Assembly (NCBI GenBank): GCA_913061105.1
Contig: CAJXVJ010000001.1
Coordinates: 12,676-76,675 of the forward strand
DNA length: 64,000 bases
Source of the DNA: an uncultured Alcanivoracaceae bacterium
GTDB taxonomy: Bacteria; Pseudomonadota; Gammaproteobacteria; Xanthomonadales; Marinicellaceae
Direction of reading: 5' to 3'
Shown one piece after another: positions 56,435 to 64,000 of the stretch. A program made the position numbers and the translations under genes. Numbering within the stretch: the stretch's first letter is position 1; each line of letters starts with the position of its first letter. The notes under the pieces were generated by a model. It did not search any database, was not told where the DNA came from, and saw nothing but the letters and a program-made list of their open reading frames with translations.

Positions 56435-57282
56435 TGTCTTAAAAAACTCTCAATTATTGAAAAAACTTCAGGTGCGTTGTCCATGTGTAAGTGGTGGTGG
56501 CCTTCAATTGAAATGAACTCACTGGGGTTTAGTGCTTTTATTCTTTGTTCTACACTTTTATAACTTAATGCGTAAGTGTAAGGTTTTGCCAAAATTAGTT
56601 GCGTTTTGGGCTTTTCGGATGAAAGCATGTCTTGTATTACTGTTTCTGAAAACCTAAACGGACTGCGCAACCTTAATCGCTTATCGGTTCGCCAATGATA
56701 ACCTTTTCTTGTTTTTTTTAATCCTCTTTCTACCATAAGATAAAGGTTGTTTTCTTTAATCGGCGTTACCTTTTTTCGGGCCTTTAATGCGGTTTTTACA
56801 TTGGGATAATAATGCTTGTGTTCAGTTGTGTGATTGTGCCATTGGATTAATGCTTCTTTTAAATTGGTCGAAGCCGTACCTTTTTCATATGCTGGCACTG
56901 GGCCAATATTTTCTATCATAACAAGTTGATCAATTTTTTCTGGAAAACTTACAGCAAACATTTGTGCCATCGCTGCACCCATAGAGTGACCTAATAGTAT
57001 CGGCTTTTCCCAATTAAGGTTGCTTAGTACGTCTTGAATATCCAGAATAAAATCAATAAAATGCGTAAAATGCCCTGGAGCTCTGTGATCAGAATGACCA
57101 TGTCCAGCAAAATCAATGGCAACCACTTCGTAGCCTGATTCAGCCAACAAAGGCGCCAATTGTGCAAACGAGGCGGCGTTGTCTAGCCATCCGTGTAATG
57201 CCAATATTTTTCTCGGGTTACCTTTTCCCCAACACAGGCCAGCAATTTTCCCAAACTTACAGTTAAATGAAACTTCTTTCAT
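56431..57282 (-). CDS. alpha/beta-fold hydrolase
   Basis: The start MKEVSFNCKFGKIAG overlaps the uppP stop by 4 nt. Motifs HGWLDNA and the nucleophile elbow GHSMGA. Confidence 0.7.
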   Translation of the reverse strand: MKEVSFNCKFGKIAGLCWGKGNPRKILALHGWLDNAASFAQLAPLLAESGYEVVAIDFAGHGHSDHRAPGHFTHFIDFILDIQDVLSNLNWEKPILLGHSMGAAMAQMFAVSFPEKIDQLVMIENIGPVPAYEKGTASTNLKEALIQWHNHTTEHKHYYPNVKTALKARKKVTPIKENNLYLMVERGLKKTRKGYHWRTDKRLRLRSPFRFSETVIQDMLSSEKPKTQLILAKPYTYALSYKSVEQRIKALNPSEFISIEGHHHLHMDNAPEVFSIIESFLRQ

Positions 57283-58052
57283 TGTAAAAATACCACGATT
57301 AGGGCGCCCAAGATTATTCGATACCACATAAATGAAGCCATAGAAATTTTGTTAATTAATTTGAGAAATACTTTTATAGAAAACAGTGAAGCAAGAAAAC
57401 TAACGATTAATACTGTCAATATACCCACAATATTATAATCACTGGGTTGTTGGTACAATTTCATAAAGCCATAACCCGTAGTCATCAGCAATGCTGGAAT
57501 CGCCAAAAGAAACGAAAATCGAGCGGCTTTTTTCCTATCAAAGCCCATCGACATGGCAGCGCTCATTGTCACTCCCGACCTTGATGCACCTGGAATTAAT
57601 GCCAATATTTGTGAAAATCCTACGATAACAGCTTGCTTAATTCCAAACTCGCTTTGGTTTGGTTTGGTTTTTTGAACCTTGTCTGATAAAAACAAAATCA
57701 CACCAAATATAATACTAGATGCTGTTATAACCATTGGAGAACGCAGATGTTGCTCTATGCTGCCGGCAAAAATATAACCGCAAATGGCCAATGGAATACT
57801 GGCCAAGGCCAGTTGAATAAATAATTTCCAGTTTTTTCCTTTAAATAGTTTTAACAACTCATCCTTAAAGTACCACATAACAGCCAACAAAGAACCTCCA
57901 TGCGCAGCAATGTCCATAACCAAGCCTTGGTCGGGCCATTTCATTATTTTTGAAACCAAAATAAGATGGGCCGATGATGATATTGGTAAATATTCTGTTA
58001 TGCCTTGTATCAAAGCAAGCACCAACCATTGGATAAAACTGGTTTCTTCCAT
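57279..58052 (-). CDS. uppP: undecaprenyl-diphosphate phosphatase
   Basis: 257 aa, BacA/UppP motifs (QGITEYLPISSSAHL, PGASRSG). Confidence 0.9.
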   Translation of the reverse strand: MEETSFIQWLVLALIQGITEYLPISSSAHLILVSKIMKWPDQGLVMDIAAHGGSLLAVMWYFKDELLKLFKGKNWKLFIQLALASIPLAICGYIFAGSIEQHLRSPMVITASSIIFGVILFLSDKVQKTKPNQSEFGIKQAVIVGFSQILALIPGASRSGVTMSAAMSMGFDRKKAARFSFLLAIPALLMTTGYGFMKLYQQPSDYNIVGILTVLIVSFLASLFSIKVFLKLINKISMASFMWYRIILGALIVVFLQ

Positions 58053-58054
58053 GG

Positions 58055-59050
58055 TTATTGTTCCTCCTCTGGTGTTTCATTGTTTTCTGAACTGTTTTCA
58101 ATGATATATTTTTCAACCCAGCTATTTAATGACCAACTGATTATAAAGCCACAGTGACCGCCATGTTTGCTGGTTACTAGTTTTATGAACTGCCTTTTAT
58201 CTAATAGACTAAAATCTTCAAAGGGTATGACTGGATCATCCCAAGAAGCCAATACATGACAGGGAACTTTAATATTTTCTATTACTTCTTCATCAATTTG
58301 ATAGGCTTCAAAATATTCATCCGTAGTCTTATATTCAGAATGTCTTATAATTAATAGCTGTGTTAAATCATCTAAGGATTTAATGCTTTTGTATTCAACA
58401 TCTGCAAATTTTTGTGGATAAATTGAGTGTTTTTTTTGTAAAGATTTCTGCCATTTTCGCATAAAGTAAGTTGAGTAAAGCTTACTTTTTTCGATTGCTA
58501 TCATGCTGTTTTTTGGAACAAGTGGCGGAGACACGGCAAATACTTTTGTTAACTTAATTCCCGCTCTGTCAGCTTTTGCTGCCACCCGTAATGAAAAGTT
58601 TCCACCCAGTGAATACCCGCATAAATAAACACTCTTGTGCGGGTACTTGTCTGTAATTATCTTAACTGCATCTACGACTTCGTTCAATCTACACGAATGA
58701 AACAGCTCCTCATTCAAGTGATGGGTGGCCCCATGGTCCCTGAAATTTAGCCGATAAATACTGCTCTTTTCCTGTTTATATAAAGCATTTGCTAACAATT
58801 GAATATAAGTAGATTGAGCAGATCCTTCCCAGCCATGTAATAGAATATAAAGCTTGTCTGCTTTTTCTGCTTTTGTATAAAAACCCTGTAATTTTGCCTC
58901 TTTGGTTTCTAAGAGCTCTTCTTCTGAGTTTTTTGAAACAGGGTTGTTGTTTTTTAATTTAAGTAGGCGAATTTTAGAGCTAGCTAAAATAGACTGTAAG
59001 TGTTTATTTTTCGGCTTAATGCCTGGGTTACATATAATCATTTTCTGCAA
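58055..59050 (-). CDS. alpha/beta hydrolase, YheT-like
   Basis: LLHGWEGSAQSTY and GYSLGGN motifs. The N-terminus is collinear with my memory of E. coli YheT. Overlaps the upstream gene by 23 nt. Confidence 0.6.
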   Translation of the reverse strand: MQKMIICNPGIKPKNKHLQSILASSKIRLLKLKNNNPVSKNSEEELLETKEAKLQGFYTKAEKADKLYILLHGWEGSAQSTYIQLLANALYKQEKSSIYRLNFRDHGATHHLNEELFHSCRLNEVVDAVKIITDKYPHKSVYLCGYSLGGNFSLRVAAKADRAGIKLTKVFAVSPPLVPKNSMIAIEKSKLYSTYFMRKWQKSLQKKHSIYPQKFADVEYKSIKSLDDLTQLLIIRHSEYKTTDEYFEAYQIDEEVIENIKVPCHVLASWDDPVIPFEDFSLLDKRQFIKLVTSKHGGHCGFIISWSLNSWVEKYIIENSSENNETPEEEQ

Positions 59051-59783
59051 GTATGGTGGCGACTTGATTGTGACTGGTTTGTGCTACTTCTCTTGCACTG
59101 ATTAATTTTGTATCGATCGGCTCACAAAAAGTGAGCTCAACGGTACATGTGGGCAAACTGATTATTCTAAAAACATTAGATACAAATTTTTCATCGTCCT
59201 TAAAACACACTTGTTTATTTCTTGAGCCGTCTCTTTTTATGTATTTAATGGCGATGGCCTGAACAGTTGTATTGGTCTCAACAGCCGCCTGCATTAATTG
59301 TCGGTGGAACCTACCCAGCTTGACTCCATTGGTGGCTTTGCCTTCAGGAAATACGGCAATTGATCGCCCCTGGTTAAGCCTTTCTTCTATTTTTTCCAAA
59401 ACCAATCGCCTAGATTCGTGTTTTCCTCGAGCAATAAACAATGTTTCTCCGCTTTTAATGGCCCACCCTAAAAACGGCCAACGTGAGATTTCTTCCTTGG
59501 CAACAAAACCTGCTAATTTATAACTATGAATAACGGGAATATCTAGCCAAGAAACATGATTGGCAACTATAAACACTGGCTTGGATTGAATATTTCCACG
59601 AATTTTTAGCTTTAATCCACAAATATAACAAAGAAGTTTTGACCAAAACTTAACCGCTTTCTTATTTAATGTTCTTTTGTTTAATTTTAGAGCAATTGCT
59701 ATGACAAGTATCACCAAAGGAAATACCAAAAACAAGGCCAAGAGCAAGGCCACTAACCTAATAATAAATCTAATCGCAATCAT
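59028..59783 (-). CDS. lysophospholipid (1-acyl-sn-glycerol-3-phosphate) acyltransferase family
   Basis: N-terminal TM helix. HxxxxD motif NHVSWLD, and FPEGK. Confidence 0.75.
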   Translation of the reverse strand: MIAIRFIIRLVALLLALFLVFPLVILVIAIALKLNKRTLNKKAVKFWSKLLCYICGLKLKIRGNIQSKPVFIVANHVSWLDIPVIHSYKLAGFVAKEEISRWPFLGWAIKSGETLFIARGKHESRRLVLEKIEERLNQGRSIAVFPEGKATNGVKLGRFHRQLMQAAVETNTTVQAIAIKYIKRDGSRNKQVCFKDDEKFVSNVFRIISLPTCTVELTFCEPIDTKLISAREVAQTSHNQVATILAENDYM

Positions 59784-60211
59784 CGTTTAGCTGGAATGAC
59801 AGTGACAGTTAATCGGGACGTAGAGACCTGTTTAAAATCTTGGTTATGAATGTCTATTTGCCATACTTGGGTTAAGCGCCCCACATGTATGGCTGTTGCT
59901 TTAGCTGTTAGTGTTCCTGAATTTATCGCTTTTAAATGATTAATGTTTAGCTCTAAACCAACTGTCCTTTGTGTTTTTCCATCTACACACAACCAGCCTG
60001 CTATACTGGCAACTGTTTCAGCCAAAGAGGCTGTAGCTCCGCCATGAACGATGCCAAAAGGTTGCAAATGCTTTGACTTTACTGGCATTTCTGCTCTTAG
60101 CCAATTGTTCCCTCGAGATACAATTTTTATTTCAAGCATTTCTGCAAGCCCACCAACTCTGTGGTTATTGAGTTTGTTTAATGCAAAATGTTGTTTCCAA
60201 ATTGATCTCAT
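59780..60211 (-). CDS. PaaI-family hotdog-fold thioesterase
   Basis: 143 aa. The GIVHGGATASLAET motif. Confidence 0.7.
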   Translation of the reverse strand: MRSIWKQHFALNKLNNHRVGGLAEMLEIKIVSRGNNWLRAEMPVKSKHLQPFGIVHGGATASLAETVASIAGWLCVDGKTQRTVGLELNINHLKAINSGTLTAKATAIHVGRLTQVWQIDIHNQDFKQVSTSRLTVTVIPAKR

Positions 60212-60673
60212 TTAATGGTACTTTTTATTGTTATACATGACCCAACCATAAGGATTATTGTCTTTTTTATGTGTCCAATGAACAACCCCTCCTTTGTCGT
60301 TCCATTCGTATTGTCCATTTACTGTAATGGTATCATTCTTTTTCACTGGAACCCTATCAGCAACATCAATATTGTGCGCCAATAATACTGTCATGTTGTT
60401 GTGTTCTAAAATTAATCTTTGGTGTCTAGAACCGTCATTATCATCACTCAGTATATTTATAACTTTTGCTTTAAATGTGACAAAAACACCTGAAGTCTTT
60501 GATTTATAAAGCATTTCTAGTGTTTTGTTTTGATTTAAAACCTCCTTATTTGAATCATAAGGACTTTCTATTGTATTGCTTTGGTTAGGTGAATCATTGT
60601 CATTTAAGTTAAAAACAACAAACAACATCAACAATATTGGTATAAACAGCTTAACTTTTTTATTATTAATCAT
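60212..60673 (-). CDS. DUF3465-family secreted protein
   Basis: 153 aa. GSRHQRLILEH…LLAHNIDVADRV…GQYEWNDKGGVVHWTH matches my memory of DUF3465. Confidence 0.5.
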   Translation of the reverse strand: MINNKKVKLFIPILLMLFVVFNLNDNDSPNQSNTIESPYDSNKEVLNQNKTLEMLYKSKTSGVFVTFKAKVINILSDDNDGSRHQRLILEHNNMTVLLAHNIDVADRVPVKKNDTITVNGQYEWNDKGGVVHWTHKKDNNPYGWVMYNNKKYH

Positions 60674-60704
60674 CTATAAACCTGAAAATGGCTTAATTTA
60701 AGTT

Positions 60705-61601
60705 TTAACTAAACCACTCAGTAACACCGCCAACCAAGTTATTTACATTGGTATAACCTTTTTTGCGGTAAAACTCACACGCCCCTTGACTGCTATTTCC
60801 TACATGACAAACAAATACCAAAGGTGTGTCTTTTTCAAAGTCTTCAATTTCCTGCATATTGGGCTTATCTAATCTTTTTGATCCATCAATCGAGCGATTA
60901 AGAAAGTCTGATTCAGACCTAACGTCATATATATGATTGTATTGTCCTGATTCGATGCCTTTTTGCAAATCTGCTTTACTTAGTTGATTAACTTTTTTTG
61001 GCTCGTTTGGATTTTTTATAACCAAACCTGCACCATTTAAATCTTCTACCCAGTCAATTTCAATGCCATCGGCTCTTTTTGCAGTGCCTATGTCCATGTA
61101 AATTTTAATTTCTTCTATTTCAGATACAACTTCATAGCCTTTTGGTTCTTCTATTGAGAACCGGGTATTAAATTGTCCATCGATTGAAAGCATTAAAACA
61201 CTTGAACCAATATTTTCAATGCCTGCTAGAATATTTTCTTTGGCTTTATCAGAAATAGTAATGCTGGCAATTTTTCTCTCAGGTTGGGGTAAGTTTAATA
61301 ATGATTGTAACTCGCCTGTGTTAAACATCTCAGTGACAATATCATTGCCACCAACAAGTTCCTTGTTAATATATAACTGAGGGATTGTTGGCCAATTACC
61401 ATATTCCTTTATCCCTTCTCTAATTTCTTGGTCTTCTAACACATTAAAATAGTCAAAATCATCACCTATAAGATCATGTAATATCTTAACTGTGTTGCTA
61501 GAGAACCCACACTGTGGGTGTTTTGGGTTGCCTTTCATAAATAGCACACAGGTGTTTTTACTGATTAGGCTTTCTATGGTTTGTTTAGTTTGCTCGTTCA
61601 T
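60705..61601 (-). CDS. monothiol glutaredoxin (Grx4, CGFS) fused to an IscA/HesB-like domain without cysteines and a rhodanese-like domain
   Basis: The N-terminus VLFMKGNPKHPQCGFS…WPTIPQLYI is Grx4-type. The middle ITISDKAKENI…GLVIKNPNEP is an IscA-like fold. The C-terminus VFVCHVGNSSQGA…GGVTEW is rhodanese-like. Confidence 0.7.
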   Translation of the reverse strand: MNEQTKQTIESLISKNTCVLFMKGNPKHPQCGFSSNTVKILHDLIGDDFDYFNVLEDQEIREGIKEYGNWPTIPQLYINKELVGGNDIVTEMFNTGELQSLLNLPQPERKIASITISDKAKENILAGIENIGSSVLMLSIDGQFNTRFSIEEPKGYEVVSEIEEIKIYMDIGTAKRADGIEIDWVEDLNGAGLVIKNPNEPKKVNQLSKADLQKGIESGQYNHIYDVRSESDFLNRSIDGSKRLDKPNMQEIEDFEKDTPLVFVCHVGNSSQGACEFYRKKGYTNVNNLVGGVTEWFS

Positions 61602-61604
61602 TTT

Positions 61605-64000
<2,396 letters not shown>

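Overview
Chromosomal segment of a low-GC Gram-negative, gammaproteobacterium-like genome, judged from gene content only. It ends inside gyrB at the right edge. I can support about 55 protein-coding genes and one probable frameshifted gene. I found no rRNA, tRNA or CRISPR array, and no recognisable transposase, integrase or phage gene. Recognisable genes: ansB-like asparaginase, pnuC, rnr-rlmB, a rhomboid / DUF1820 / response-regulator / trkA operon, ogt, a split methylcitrate-cycle set (prpB-prpC facing prpF and acnD), ompW, cspA, nhaC, uppP, a plsC-like acyltransferase, a Grx4-type glutaredoxin fusion and gyrB. The stand-out element is an 8.1-kb gene (46829..54916) for a 2695-aa secreted mosaic protein. 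It has a propeller-like N-terminal region, two FN3-like plus proprotein-convertase P-domain pairs, three 85-aa tandem repeats, an internal GEVED domain and a complete C-terminal gingipain-like (peptidase C25) unit with the His/Cys dyad apparently intact. Other points worth a second look: (1) a divergent cluster with a 1010-aa membrane alkaline-phosphatase-superfamily protein, a 2OG-Fe(II) oxygenase and a methyltransferase, whose shared promoter region holds a perfect 14-bp inverted repeat; (2) an NtrC-type response regulator with a degenerate sigma-54/ATPase module, translationally coupled to trkA; (3) a tail-fibre-like secreted protein pair with no phage context; (4) several families of imperfect direct repeats in intergenic DNA, including a pair flanking ansB. 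All family assignments come from motif recognition by eye. No database search, HMM scan or folding calculation was possible.
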